DNA of 64,000 bases from Spirochaetota bacterium (GCA_037481795.1 JBBFLA010000013.1:3902-67901); one strand, 5' to 3'; positions 51,767 to 61,456 are shown, numbered from the stretch's first letter. Notes: generated from the letters alone by a model not told the origin. Numbers and translations are program-made.

Positions 51767-52126
51767 ATGTCAGCAATCGTGCTTTATGTAACATTTATTC
51801 TTTTATTGACCATAGGGATAATCGCACTGTTGTTTAAACGCAACCTTATTAAAATTGTACTGGCATTTAACATCCTGGATTCAGGTATAAACCTGTTTTT
51901 TATTTCTTTAGGATACCGTGAAAATGCCATGGCTCCAATATTCACACTGGCGCCGTTAGATTCTGTTATAACCATGGTATTGCCCACACCTCAGGCGCTT
52001 ATATTAACTAACATAGTTATTGGATTTGCTACCACTGCGCTCATGTTGGGAGTTTCTGTGCTTACCTACAGAAATAATAATACTCTGGATACACGGAAAT
52101 TGCGTGGAGTGGAAGAGTATGATTAA
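51767..52126 (+). CDS. MrpC/NuoK-like subunit (MbhG-like)
   Basis: 119 aa, three TM helices. Its stop overlaps the next start (ATGATTAA). Confidence 0.6.
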   Translation: MSAIVLYVTFILLLTIGIIALLFKRNLIKIVLAFNILDSGINLFFISLGYRENAMAPIFTLAPLDSVITMVLPTPQALILTNIVIGFATTALMLGVSVLTYRNNNTLDTRKLRGVEEYD

Positions 52127-53645
52127 ACATGTCCCTATCGTATTGGTAGCTATCCCGCTTTTAGCTGCTTTCATGATACCAATGATTGGCATGATCAACC
52201 GTACTGCCCGTACTGTTATTGGGGCGATAGCTCTGGTAATCATACTGGCTGCATCATATTATATTGCTGGCGATGTTCTGAACCATGGCAGGATTTTTTA
52301 TTATATGGTAGGTTCCTCTAATCCAGAGATAGTAACTGAACATGGATTGACATTCCCTATACGGATAGGATTAAAGATAGATTCATTTTCACTTTTTTTT
52401 ATTATAATGACTACCACTCTTGTATTTATTTTTTATCTGTTTTCTATACAGTATATTGAGGAAAATGAAAGAAAAAATTATTTTACCGTATTATTCATAT
52501 CTATGGTAGCAGGAATGATGGGGCTACTTGTTGCAAATGACCTGTTTACCTTTTTTGTGTTTCTGGAAATACTTTCAATTTCCTCAGCAGCTTTGGTAGC
52601 ATTCAGGACAGAACGAAAACACCCTCCCTATGCCGGGTATAAATATATGTTTATTAGCGCTGTGGCAACCAGTTTCTTTTTATTAGGGATTGCCTTCCTG
52701 TATGCACAGTATGGATCATTCAACATTGACTATCTCAAAGAAGCTGTACGGGGAACATTGCTTGATAAAATTGCTATTGTCCTGCTTATAATACCGCTGG
52801 CAATGAAATCAGGTGTTGTTCCCATGCACATGTGGATACCGGATACCTATTCAGAAGCTCCAGCGCCAATCAGCGCAATGGTAAAATTAGGAAGTTTAAT
52901 TTGCCTGTATGGTTTATTCCGTATATCATTTTCATTTGGATTGAGCCATGCACATGTCAGCTATCCACTGGGCGTATTGTTTATTGTTTTTGGAATACTG
53001 TCAATGTTTATAGGTGTGACTCAGGCTCTGGTACAGAAGGATGTAAAACGCCTGATGGCCTTCCATGCTGTCTCTCAGGTGGGGTACATGCTTTTGGGTA
53101 TGGGTGTTGGATTAACAGTAGTTAGAGCAGGTGACGCTTCCTTTGCTCTTTTTGGAAAAGTTGCAATGATTGGTGGATTACTCCATGTTGTTAACAACGC
53201 ATTGTATAAGGGATTGCTGTTTTTAACATCAGGTGTTTTGGTACGGCATTTCAAAACACGTAATCTGGATGCAATGCATGGATTGGCACATTATGACGTA
53301 TTTACAACAGTGGTATTTATGATAGCAGCCCTTGCTATATCAGGGATTCCGCCATTTAATGGTTTTGTGTCAAAAATTATTATCTATGAATCTGTATTCC
53401 AGTATAATCCGGTATTGACGCTCATAGCAATCTTTGTTTCAATTTTAACACTGGCTTCATTTATGAAAGTATTTTATAGTGCATTTTTAGGTATGCCTTC
53501 AAACAAAAGGCCAATGGAACAGCCGGTACTGATCAAGTGCAGTATGATAGTCCTGGCTTTTTTTATAGTAGTTATAGGTATATATCCACATGGAATACTG
53601 AAAGCATTAATTGAACCAGCAGTAAATGCATTGGTTAATTTTTAG
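52119..53645 (+). CDS. MrpD/NuoL-family antiporter-like subunit (MbhH-like)
   Basis: About 508 aa polytopic protein with NuoL/M/N-family conserved helices. The start was set to ATG 52119 (MIKHVPIVLV), because the track extension to 52020 overlaps the mrpC-like gene. Confidence 0.8.
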   Translation: MIKHVPIVLVAIPLLAAFMIPMIGMINRTARTVIGAIALVIILAASYYIAGDVLNHGRIFYYMVGSSNPEIVTEHGLTFPIRIGLKIDSFSLFFIIMTTTLVFIFYLFSIQYIEENERKNYFTVLFISMVAGMMGLLVANDLFTFFVFLEILSISSAALVAFRTERKHPPYAGYKYMFISAVATSFFLLGIAFLYAQYGSFNIDYLKEAVRGTLLDKIAIVLLIIPLAMKSGVVPMHMWIPDTYSEAPAPISAMVKLGSLICLYGLFRISFSFGLSHAHVSYPLGVLFIVFGILSMFIGVTQALVQKDVKRLMAFHAVSQVGYMLLGMGVGLTVVRAGDASFALFGKVAMIGGLLHVVNNALYKGLLFLTSGVLVRHFKTRNLDAMHGLAHYDVFTTVVFMIAALAISGIPPFNGFVSKIIIYESVFQYNPVLTLIAIFVSILTLASFMKVFYSAFLGMPSNKRPMEQPVLIKCSMIVLAFFIVVIGIYPHGILKALIEPAVNALVNF

Positions 53646-53655
53646 GGATACAGTG

Positions 53656-53994
53656 ATGAATATAGTTCAAGTTGAATATCTTCATTGGGCGCCATTGTTC
53701 TGGTTGGGAATTTTTTTTGGATTAGTTGTTGTGCTGATTATTATTGGCAAACTGTTTTTTACGAATGATTATAATACAGTTGGTCAGCAAAGCCTTCCTT
53801 TCTATTCGGGGACAAGCAATTCACTACTGCAACTGATCACCGCAAGCAGTTTATACTGGGGATTTAAGCATACGTTAGATGCCTATTTTCTTATCATAAA
53901 GAGATTATTCATAAGTGATGTTGAAGATTTTATTCAATGGTTTATCATCATTGTTGCAGGCATGCTTCTTATACTGACTGGGGTGTTATTGTGA
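53656..53994 (+). CDS. MbhI-like small membrane subunit
   Basis: About 112 aa with two or three TM helices. The start was set at ATG 53656. Confidence 0.5.
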   Translation: MNIVQVEYLHWAPLFWLGIFFGLVVVLIIIGKLFFTNDYNTVGQQSLPFYSGTSNSLLQLITASSLYWGFKHTLDAYFLIIKRLFISDVEDFIQWFIIIVAGMLLILTGVLL

Positions 53995-54416
53995 AAAATG
54001 TAAATTACCGGCATTTGAAGCGTTCATTGTGGGCATACCATATAAATACAGGATCCTGCAATGCATGCGATATTGAAATATTAGCTACACTCATGCCACG
54101 GTATGACGCGGAGAGGTTTGGTATAAAGTTAGTTGGCAGCCCCCGGCATGCTGATGTGCTGCTTGTTACAGGAACCGTAACCGAAAAAATTAAAGACAAT
54201 ATCCTTCAGGTGTATGAGCAGGTTCCCGAACCCAAGCTGGTTATTGTTATTGGAGGCTGTGGCTCTACTAAAGGAGTATTCCAGGAATCCTATGCAATGG
54301 CAGGCCCGGTTGATGCAATAATACCTGTTGATGTGTATATACCAGGATGCCCTCCAAGGCCTGAAGCTATCATTTATGGCATAGCAAAAGCGTGGGAAAA
54401 ACTGGAAAAATTGTAA
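53991..54416 (+). CDS. [NiFe] hydrogenase small subunit, NuoB-like (MbhJ-like)
   Basis: Four Cys of the proximal [4Fe-4S] site: GSCNAC, GGCGSTKG, GCPPRP. A GTG start at 53991 overlaps the previous stop (GTGA). The alternative ATG at 53937 would overlap it by 58 nt. Confidence 0.8.
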   Translation: MKNVNYRHLKRSLWAYHINTGSCNACDIEILATLMPRYDAERFGIKLVGSPRHADVLLVTGTVTEKIKDNILQVYEQVPEPKLVIVIGGCGSTKGVFQESYAMAGPVDAIIPVDVYIPGCPPRPEAIIYGIAKAWEKLEKL

Positions 54417-54440
54417 AAATGATGTAATGGTATATATGCA

Positions 54441-54920
54441 ATGAAAACTGAACCTATAGTAACGGTATTACAGAATAAATTAGGAAGCCATATACAGGCA
54501 TCCCGTGAAAAGATTACCAATTATGATAATGGTATTAACCGTATAACACTCTGGATCAGTATTGACAGGGAGTCTTTTCATTCGGCAATAGCAATCCTGA
54601 AAACCATGGGAAGGTTGCATATATCAACCCCAATGCCCTATAAAGAGTATGAAGACCGTATTGAGCTCATATATCCATTTGCGTTGAAAGAAAATGATAC
54701 TAAGTTCTCTGAAATTATGGTTATTATATTGGTGGATATACCCAAAGACGATTTAAAGATAAGGACAATTACTGATATTGTTCCAGGAGCCCTTTTTATG
54801 GAGCGGGAAACCATGGAGATGGTAGGTGTAGAAATTGAAGATATTCCTGACCCAAGAAGGCTTTTTACGGGCAACTATCTTCCTGATGGTGTTTATCCTT
54901 TGAGAAACCAAAAAAAATAA
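54441..54920 (+). CDS. NuoC-like subunit (MbhK-like)
   Basis: 159 aa. Position between the NuoB-like and NuoD-like genes. NuoC/30 kDa-like core. Confidence 0.65.
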   Translation: MKTEPIVTVLQNKLGSHIQASREKITNYDNGINRITLWISIDRESFHSAIAILKTMGRLHISTPMPYKEYEDRIELIYPFALKENDTKFSEIMVIILVDIPKDDLKIRTITDIVPGALFMERETMEMVGVEIEDIPDPRRLFTGNYLPDGVYPLRNQKK

Positions 54921-54932
54921 GGAACTAGTTAA

Positions 54933-56171
54933 ATGAAATCAGATATAACGTATCCATTAAATATTGGCCCCGTTCATCCAGCATTCAAGGAGCCCATTAA
55001 GTTCACGTTCAGGATTGAAGGGGAAAAGGTTGTTGGGGCTGATATTGATTTTGGGTATACACACAGGGCAATAGAGAGGATTGCCCAGGAAAGAAATTTC
55101 ATACAGATAATCTATCTTCTTGAAAGGGTGTGTGGAATATGCTCGTTTTCACATCCCATGGCTTATTGTCTTGCCATTGAAGATGTTGCAGGAATAGATG
55201 TGCCGCCACGTGCACGGTATATACGGACTATTGTTGGTGAACTGGAACGCCTGCACTCACATTTATTGTGGACCGGTGTTGCAGCTCATGAAATTGGATT
55301 TGATACACTTTTTATGTACACATGGAATATCAGGGAGAAAGTCCTTGATTGTTTAGAAGAGCTTACGGGAAACCGCATTAATTATGCCATGCTTACAATA
55401 GGTGGTGTGCGACGTGATATAACAGCAGAAAATGCACAAACTATTCATAAAATGCTTGAATACTATGAAGAGTTGTATAGCAGAACTTCGGAAATATTAC
55501 TTGATGATTTAACACTGAGAGCCAGGACCGAAGGAGTAGGAATTTTGACTGCAGAACAGGCTGAGCGATTATGCGCAGTGGGACCAACGGCCAGAGGTTC
55601 AGGATTAATGAAGGATGTTCGGGTTGATTATCCTGTGAATGCTTACTATGAAATGCCATGGTTGAAGCCCATATCTCCCCGGGATATAGGGAAGGAACCA
55701 ATTGGTGATGTGTATGACAGAATGGCTGTGCGTGTGCTGGAGATTCAGCAAGCAATAAAGATAATACAGTTCTGTATGGAAAACCTTCCCGAAGGGGACA
55801 TTAACTCTGGCAGTGGTTCCGTTAAGATGATTAATACACTGAAGAAGTTAGAAGGGGAAGGGATAGGACGGTATGAAGCTCCTCGTGGTGAGGTATGCCA
55901 CTATGTTATACTGGATAATCAGGAACATCCGGTTCAGATAAAAGTAAAGGCGCCAACATATTCCAATGGGTTTGCCTGGGCGCCAATGCTTACCAATATT
56001 GAAATAGCTGATATTCCAATAGTCATTGCTTCAATCGATCCATGTGTGGCATGTGCTGATAGGATGACGTATGTGCAAACTGATGGAAGTAGCACAACCA
56101 TATCCTGGGAAGAATTGCATGCAAAAAGTATACAGAAATATAAAGGGGCACGCAAACGATGTATGAAGTGA
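54933..56171 (+). CDS. [NiFe] hydrogenase large (catalytic) subunit, group 4, NuoD-like (MbhL-like)
   Basis: N-terminal RVCGICSFSH and C-terminal DPCVACADR CxxC pairs, which are the Ni-Fe ligands. 412 aa. Confidence 0.9.
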   Translation: MKSDITYPLNIGPVHPAFKEPIKFTFRIEGEKVVGADIDFGYTHRAIERIAQERNFIQIIYLLERVCGICSFSHPMAYCLAIEDVAGIDVPPRARYIRTIVGELERLHSHLLWTGVAAHEIGFDTLFMYTWNIREKVLDCLEELTGNRINYAMLTIGGVRRDITAENAQTIHKMLEYYEELYSRTSEILLDDLTLRARTEGVGILTAEQAERLCAVGPTARGSGLMKDVRVDYPVNAYYEMPWLKPISPRDIGKEPIGDVYDRMAVRVLEIQQAIKIIQFCMENLPEGDINSGSGSVKMINTLKKLEGEGIGRYEAPRGEVCHYVILDNQEHPVQIKVKAPTYSNGFAWAPMLTNIEIADIPIVIASIDPCVACADRMTYVQTDGSSTTISWEELHAKSIQKYKGARKRCMK

Positions 56172-57172
56172 TAGGTGTGGCGATAGCTATCGTAATTGCA
56201 GGTGTAATTGCAGGGCTGTTTCTGAAAGGGATTGATAGAAAACTTGCAGCTTTTATGCAGTCAAGGATTGGGCCACCTATCGCACAGCCACTATATGATA
56301 TTTTGAAATTAATGCAGAAGCAGACAATTATCCCGGCAACATCAGTGCGATGGTTGTTTACCGGGGCACCACTGATTGCACTTACTTCAAGCATCCTGTT
56401 ATTACTTTATATTTCACTTTCCTATGTGTGTTATATAATTGGATTACAAAGCCCTGTACAGGGTGACCTGATAGTTATACTTTATCTTATTCTTTTACAA
56501 TCTATTGCTATTATCAGTGGGGCTTTTGCTTCAGGATCACCGTATGCCTCTATAGGTGCCCAACGTGAAATGGTTATTTTAATGAGCACCGAATTGCCTA
56601 TTGCTGTGGTTGTGGTGAGCATAGCCTGGCATGTAGCCGACAGTATGTATAATCCATTTGCCTTACAATCTCTGTTTGAATATACATTATGGCACCACGC
56701 CGGGGCATTTGGAGTTCTTGGTGGTATTTTGCTGTTTCTTACTATGATACTTGTTCTGCCTGCTGAAATGTCTAAGGTGCCATTTGATCAGGCTGAGGCT
56801 GAGACTGAAATAGCAGAAGGTATGATGGTTGAGTATTCGGGGAAGTTGCTGGCATTTTTGCTTTTAAGTGATGCGTTTAAAGCACTGTCATTTTCGGCTT
56901 TGATAGTTATATTATTTTTCCCCTATACATTTACAAGTTTGTTTGGGCTGTCCTTTTCCATTGGTGGTTATAGTATTATTCCACTGGTTGAAATAATCTT
57001 TTTTTTAGGTAAAGTTATCTTTATATATAGTATTGGAGTAACTGTAATCAGGGTAATTATGGCACGGTTAAAGATTTCTCAGGTAGCTAAAGTGTTTCTG
57101 TTTGCAGTGTCAGCTATAAGTATTATTGGAATGGTGCTCATTATGTTAGATCCAAAGATGAAAATGATATGA
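56159..57172 (+). CDS. NuoH/HyfC-like membrane subunit (MbhM-like)
   Basis: 337 aa. Eight predicted TM helices. NuoH-like conserved charged residues. Confidence 0.75.
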   Translation: MYEVIGVAIAIVIAGVIAGLFLKGIDRKLAAFMQSRIGPPIAQPLYDILKLMQKQTIIPATSVRWLFTGAPLIALTSSILLLLYISLSYVCYIIGLQSPVQGDLIVILYLILLQSIAIISGAFASGSPYASIGAQREMVILMSTELPIAVVVVSIAWHVADSMYNPFALQSLFEYTLWHHAGAFGVLGGILLFLTMILVLPAEMSKVPFDQAEAETEIAEGMMVEYSGKLLAFLLLSDAFKALSFSALIVILFFPYTFTSLFGLSFSIGGYSIIPLVEIIFFLGKVIFIYSIGVTVIRVIMARLKISQVAKVFLFAVSAISIIGMVLIMLDPKMKMI

Positions 57173-57182
57173 AAGGTGAGCC

Positions 57183-57650
57183 ATGTTAGGAATGGTATAT
57201 AAAGTGGTGGAGCAATTGTTTGCAAAAAAATCCACAAATTATTTCCCTTCAAAATATATACTGGAAGATACAGCAACTACTCTCAATAAAGGTGCAATAC
57301 ATCCACCTATTGCGGTGAAAGAAGGTTTCAGAGGCAGATTAGAGTATAATGTTGAGACTTGTACCGGTTGTGGATTATGCAGCAAGGTATGCCCTGCCAA
57401 TGCTATTGAATTATATCCTGCTCTCATTAATGATAAAAAAACAAAACGAATTGTAATATATTTATCACGGTGCACCTACTGTCAGGAGTGTGTTACTATT
57501 TGTCCCAAAAATTCAATACAGATTACTTCACATTTTTGCATGGCTGATTACAATAAATATAATGCTTCTCTGGTTGTTGGTTTTGAACACAGACAGAAAT
57601 TTGAAATAAAAGAAGAAGGATCCCCGGATGTTCAAAAAGAAGGAGATTGA
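57183..57650 (+). CDS. 2x[4Fe-4S] ferredoxin subunit, NuoI-like (MbhN-like)
   Basis: CTGCGLCSKVCP and CTYCQECVTICP motifs. Confidence 0.85.
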   Translation: MLGMVYKVVEQLFAKKSTNYFPSKYILEDTATTLNKGAIHPPIAVKEGFRGRLEYNVETCTGCGLCSKVCPANAIELYPALINDKKTKRIVIYLSRCTYCQECVTICPKNSIQITSHFCMADYNKYNASLVVGFEHRQKFEIKEEGSPDVQKEGD

Positions 57651-57891
57651 GATAAAAGTTAAATTGTATAGCGGGTTACATAAAGAGGCAAATATTGACA
57701 GGTACAACCCGGATGAAGGCTATATACTGAAAATTCCGAAAGGGTCCCGTGTCAGGTATGTAGTAAAACAATTAGGATTGCCAGATATCTACTCACTGGC
57801 CTATTTTTGTAACGGGCAACGAATCGGGATTTTTACAAAGCTGCGTGAGGGTGATGAACTTTCATGCTTCAGGCCTTCAGGTGGAGGTTGA
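57628..57891 (+). CDS. ThiS/MoaD-like ubiquitin-fold sulfur-carrier candidate (87 aa, C-terminal GGG)
   Basis: The tail NGQRIGIFTKLREGDELSCFRPSGGG-stop matches the beta-grasp sulfur-carrier C-terminus. It overlaps the mbhN-like gene by 23 nt in another frame and ends 3 nt from the convergent ttcA-like stop. Confidence 0.4.
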   Translation: MFKKKEIEIKVKLYSGLHKEANIDRYNPDEGYILKIPKGSRVRYVVKQLGLPDIYSLAYFCNGQRIGIFTKLREGDELSCFRPSGGG

Positions 57892-57893
57892 TA

Positions 57894-58619
57894 TTACAGC
57901 AGATATTCATCATCCCTGTGACTTAATGATCTGAAAATGCTTGATTGTGCACCTTTTACCGATTTGTTGATAATTTTTAATAGTTCTTTTGTCTGCTTTC
58001 GTTTGGTTGTATCCTTATAGGGGCAGTCATTTTCTAGTGGTACAAACGGTAATGCATTGCAATATCCTTTCACTTCTGCTTCCGTGAGGAATGCTAATGG
58101 CCTGATTATCTCTAATGAGCCATTAAACATTTTTAATTTTGGTGGCATTGTCGATAGTTTTCCATGATAAAGCATATTCATAAAAAATGTGACGATAATA
58201 TCGTCCTGATTATGACCAAAGGCAATTTTTTTGCACTGAAGCTGAGCAGCAGTTTCAAATAAAGCTTTCCTTCTGAACCATGAACAGACAAAACATGGTG
58301 ATGAATTTTTGTCTGAAAGATCTAATGTTATTTCTTTTACATATAAAGGTATGGTGTAGTGCTGGCAGTATGTTTTAAGTAATTCAACAGTTTCTTTATT
58401 GTGAAAGTTTGTAACTGAAACATGGCAGCAATACAAATTATATTTAATGGGAATGTGGTGTAACCGACGATGTAATGCATCCATCAAAACCAAAGAATCT
58501 TTCCCACCTGAAAGGGCAATGAGTACATTATCATTTTCCCTGATCATGCTGTAGGTATTTATGGCTTTGCCAACAACTTTTAAAAGATTTGCAATGTGTT
58601 TGTTTGTGTGAATACTCAT
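57894..58619 (-). CDS. ttcA: TtcA/TtuA-family PP-loop tRNA thiolase (short form)
   Basis: PP-loop SGGKDS. Cys triad PCFVCS...NDCPY matches the [4Fe-4S] ligands of TtcA-type enzymes. 241 aa. Confidence 0.65.
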   Translation of the reverse strand: MSIHTNKHIANLLKVVGKAINTYSMIRENDNVLIALSGGKDSLVLMDALHRRLHHIPIKYNLYCCHVSVTNFHNKETVELLKTYCQHYTIPLYVKEITLDLSDKNSSPCFVCSWFRRKALFETAAQLQCKKIAFGHNQDDIIVTFFMNMLYHGKLSTMPPKLKMFNGSLEIIRPLAFLTEAEVKGYCNALPFVPLENDCPYKDTTKRKQTKELLKIINKSVKGAQSSIFRSLSHRDDEYLL

Positions 58620-58727
58620 AATAAAGCCTTGACGTAAAGATTATGGTATGATTAAGTAGTGTTTGGATGTGAGTAGTTGTCAATAGAATTTGTTCGTAAT
58701 TATCATAGTGAATGCAGAGGTTTTGTA

Positions 58728-59084
58728 ATGGCTCGTTGTATGATAGTTGATGATTCAAGTTTTATGCGCCGTATTATCAAACAGACATTGCAGGAAGGTG
58801 GTCATGAAGTAGTAGCAGAGGTTGATAATGGCCTTGAAGCTCTGGAAAAATACAGAGAAATACAGCCCGATGTGGTTACAATGGATATTACCATGTGGGG
58901 TAAAGATGGCCTGGAAGCAATATCTGAAATAACCGATAATTATCCGGATGCTAAAATTATTGTGATATCAGCATTAAATGAAAGAACACTGAAAATAAAT
59001 GAAAAAGATATTAAAGCTCGTGTGTTTTTAACCAAGCCGTTTGAAAAGAAAGAGCTGTTAGAGGCAATTAATAAAGTCCTGTAG
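58728..59084 (+). CDS. single-domain CheY-like response regulator
   Basis: MIVDDSSFMRRI...VVTMDITMWGKDGLEA...VISAL...KPF. GAGG RBS 8 nt upstream of ATG 58728. Confidence 0.8.
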   Translation: MARCMIVDDSSFMRRIIKQTLQEGGHEVVAEVDNGLEALEKYREIQPDVVTMDITMWGKDGLEAISEITDNYPDAKIIVISALNERTLKINEKDIKARVFLTKPFEKKELLEAINKVL

Positions 59085-59085
59085 C

Positions 59086-60132
59086 ATGGAAGAGCAATTA
59101 TTACAATTATATAAAAAAAATGCTGTGGCGGATGGTGCATATTTAATTGCCGACGGCAAGGCATATTTATTTGTTACAGAAGCTGATAAATATCTTTTGC
59201 AAGGCAAAAATCTTATTATTGGTGCCACTGAACTGGTGTTGGGCGCAAAAACAAATGAAAATATATTGAGGCTTGAAACAGCATTAGCGCTTAAAGGAAC
59301 AACAATAAAAAAAATTCCTGCTGCAACACTTATACAGGGATTAGACAACAGTGCTTTTGCCATGAATCTGGCAATAGTTGAAGCTAAAATTGTAGTTCTA
59401 ACCAATGAAATCCTGAAAAAAGATTTACAACTGGATTCACAGCTTGTAAAAGAAAAAAACATTTGTACGGACTATTATACAATCATTCAATCTCTCCAAA
59501 AAGAATATGAACAAAGAAGGCTTCCCTGGATAAAGGAACTTATTGAAAAATATAAAACCAGTTTGATATATAAAAAAGGTGAAGCATTTGCACGAGCTGC
59601 AGAATCAATAAAAGTTGAAACACCACGGGAACTTACTTCAAACACTGTGGAATTTCCTGCTGGTTCCGTGTTATGTCAGGAAGGCAGCATTGGCGATTTT
59701 ATGTATATACTGGAATCGGGCCAGCTTGAGGTCTATATACAGAATGCAAAAGTTGCTACAATAACAGAAAAAGGCACAGTCATTGGTGAAATAGCAATGT
59801 TACTTTCCATGCCGCGTACTGCCACACTGAAAGCCCAAAATACAGTTCTTGTTACAAAAGTGACCAGGGATGATTTAAAAAAATCTTCCTCACCACAGCT
59901 AATACAGATGTTACTGGTTTCACTTGCCAAGAAACATCAGGCAAACGTTATGCATATTGAAGATATTAATGAGAAAAAAGCTCTTGCCTATGCAGAAAAA
60001 AAAGAGCAAGAGCCACACCAAATTAATATTCACCGTTATATTAATGAACTTTCGCAGCTTAAAAGTGCATTAGAAAAAGTAATCAACACTAAACAGGCTG
60101 ATTATTTAGAGTATATATTGAAAGAAAAATAA
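59086..60132 (+). CDS. protein with C-terminal cyclic-nucleotide-binding (CAP-effector) domain and uncharacterised ~190-aa N-terminal region
   Basis: FPAGSVLCQEGSIGDFMYILESGQLEV...GTVIGEIAMLLSMPRTATLKA is the cNMP-binding signature. The start is 1 nt after the CheY stop. Confidence 0.7.
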   Translation: MEEQLLQLYKKNAVADGAYLIADGKAYLFVTEADKYLLQGKNLIIGATELVLGAKTNENILRLETALALKGTTIKKIPAATLIQGLDNSAFAMNLAIVEAKIVVLTNEILKKDLQLDSQLVKEKNICTDYYTIIQSLQKEYEQRRLPWIKELIEKYKTSLIYKKGEAFARAAESIKVETPRELTSNTVEFPAGSVLCQEGSIGDFMYILESGQLEVYIQNAKVATITEKGTVIGEIAMLLSMPRTATLKAQNTVLVTKVTRDDLKKSSSPQLIQMLLVSLAKKHQANVMHIEDINEKKALAYAEKKEQEPHQINIHRYINELSQLKSALEKVINTKQADYLEYILKEK

Positions 60133-60134
60133 AG

Positions 60135-60668
60135 TTACTCTACCTCTGTCAGTACTTCACCTTTCTTTAATGATTTCAGCCAGTTCAGCTCTGCTTTTAA
60201 ATGATTTTCCAGATAAGTGTATACATGTAACTGAGATGCTGGTGATGTATTCTTTGATTCAGCATCAATCTTTCCACGCAAAGCATTCATCTTTTCTTTG
60301 ATATGTTCTACGCGATCTTCAATGAACTGTTCACGCTGTTCAGGTGAAAGGGAATTCAAAAACATCAACACAATATCAATATCAAAATGTATGAAATTGT
60401 GATCAAAGTACTGCTTTAACATTTTCTTATAGTACTTTCTTCCATCTGGTAATATCTGGTATATATACCGCTCAGGGTTTCCACCTTCTTTTTCTGTTCC
60501 AATTTTTTTAACCCAGCCATTGTCCAGGGCTTTTTTTATTGCATAATAAATGGAACCAAATTTGATATCAACATAATCTTCAAGGCGTTCAACTATCCTT
60601 TTTTTGATTTCATAGCCATAAAGATTTTCCTCCATAAGGAGCCCCAATATCGTAATTTCTATTTTCAT
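60135..60668 (-). CDS. PadR-family transcriptional regulator
   Basis: ILGLLMEENLYGYEIKKRI...GSIYYAIKKALDNGWV is a winged-helix PadR signature. 177 aa. Confidence 0.75.
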   Translation of the reverse strand: MKIEITILGLLMEENLYGYEIKKRIVERLEDYVDIKFGSIYYAIKKALDNGWVKKIGTEKEGGNPERYIYQILPDGRKYYKKMLKQYFDHNFIHFDIDIVLMFLNSLSPEQREQFIEDRVEHIKEKMNALRGKIDAESKNTSPASQLHVYTYLENHLKAELNWLKSLKKGEVLTEVE

Positions 60669-60862
60669 ACATACCTCACTATAAAAATTAAATTATTTCT
60701 TTTAAAATACAATAAAGATTAAAATAAATCAATAATAATATTGTATGTTTATAAAAATATTTTAAAAAGAATTTAAAATAGATTATATAAATATGAGTTT
60801 ATATATAATTATATTTAATATAGTTTAATTTTACTATTTTAATATATCATACATATTCTGGA

Positions 60863-61450
60863 TTATTTAGATAGTTGTTTTAATGACAAACGGATGATTG
60901 TTTCAATATTGTTTATTTCGGGATGTTGGGCAATTACAGATGAAACAGTGGATGAAGCCTGTTTTTCATCAAATCCTAAGGATACCAATGCATCAATTGC
61001 ATCTTTGATATATGGTGTTATAGCAGATTCCTGTGACAGGATGGTATCTAATTTTTTTAATTTTCTTTTTAATTCAAAAATAATTTTTTCACTTTTGCTC
61101 TGGCCTATACCCGGGATGGTTTTAAATGCTGTAATTTGATCATTTTTTACAGCCGATAATATCTGCTGAGGAGTCATGGATGATAATATTGAAATTGCTA
61201 TTGAAGGACCTATTCCAGAAATTGTCAGCAGTAGTGAGAATATCTGTTGCTCTTCTTCAGAGTTAAATCCATACAACGATATGGCATTCTCCCTTACAAC
61301 CATGTGAATGAAAAGCTCAGTACTGGTAGCCGTACTGATTTTTTCATAGGTTGATAGAGGGATATGTATTTCATATCCTACACCCTGAACATCAAGAACT
61401 ACTCTGGTAGGCTTACAGGAAAGTATATTTCCCTTTAAAAAAGATATCAT
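60863..61450 (-). CDS. ruvA: Holliday junction branch-migration protein RuvA
   Basis: MISFLKG...VLDVQGVGYEIHI OB fold. Two helix-hairpin-helix motifs (GIGPSIA, IPGIGQSKSEKI). Confidence 0.85.
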   Translation of the reverse strand: MISFLKGNILSCKPTRVVLDVQGVGYEIHIPLSTYEKISTATSTELFIHMVVRENAISLYGFNSEEEQQIFSLLLTISGIGPSIAISILSSMTPQQILSAVKNDQITAFKTIPGIGQSKSEKIIFELKRKLKKLDTILSQESAITPYIKDAIDALVSLGFDEKQASSTVSSVIAQHPEINNIETIIRLSLKQLSK

Positions 61451-61456
61451 AGTTGG

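Noticed and set aside
52020-52118. N-terminal extension of the NuoL/MrpD-like ORF
   Set aside because: The extension overlaps the mrpC-like gene and encodes non-membrane junk. ATG 52119 gives the canonical ATGATTAA stop-start overlap.
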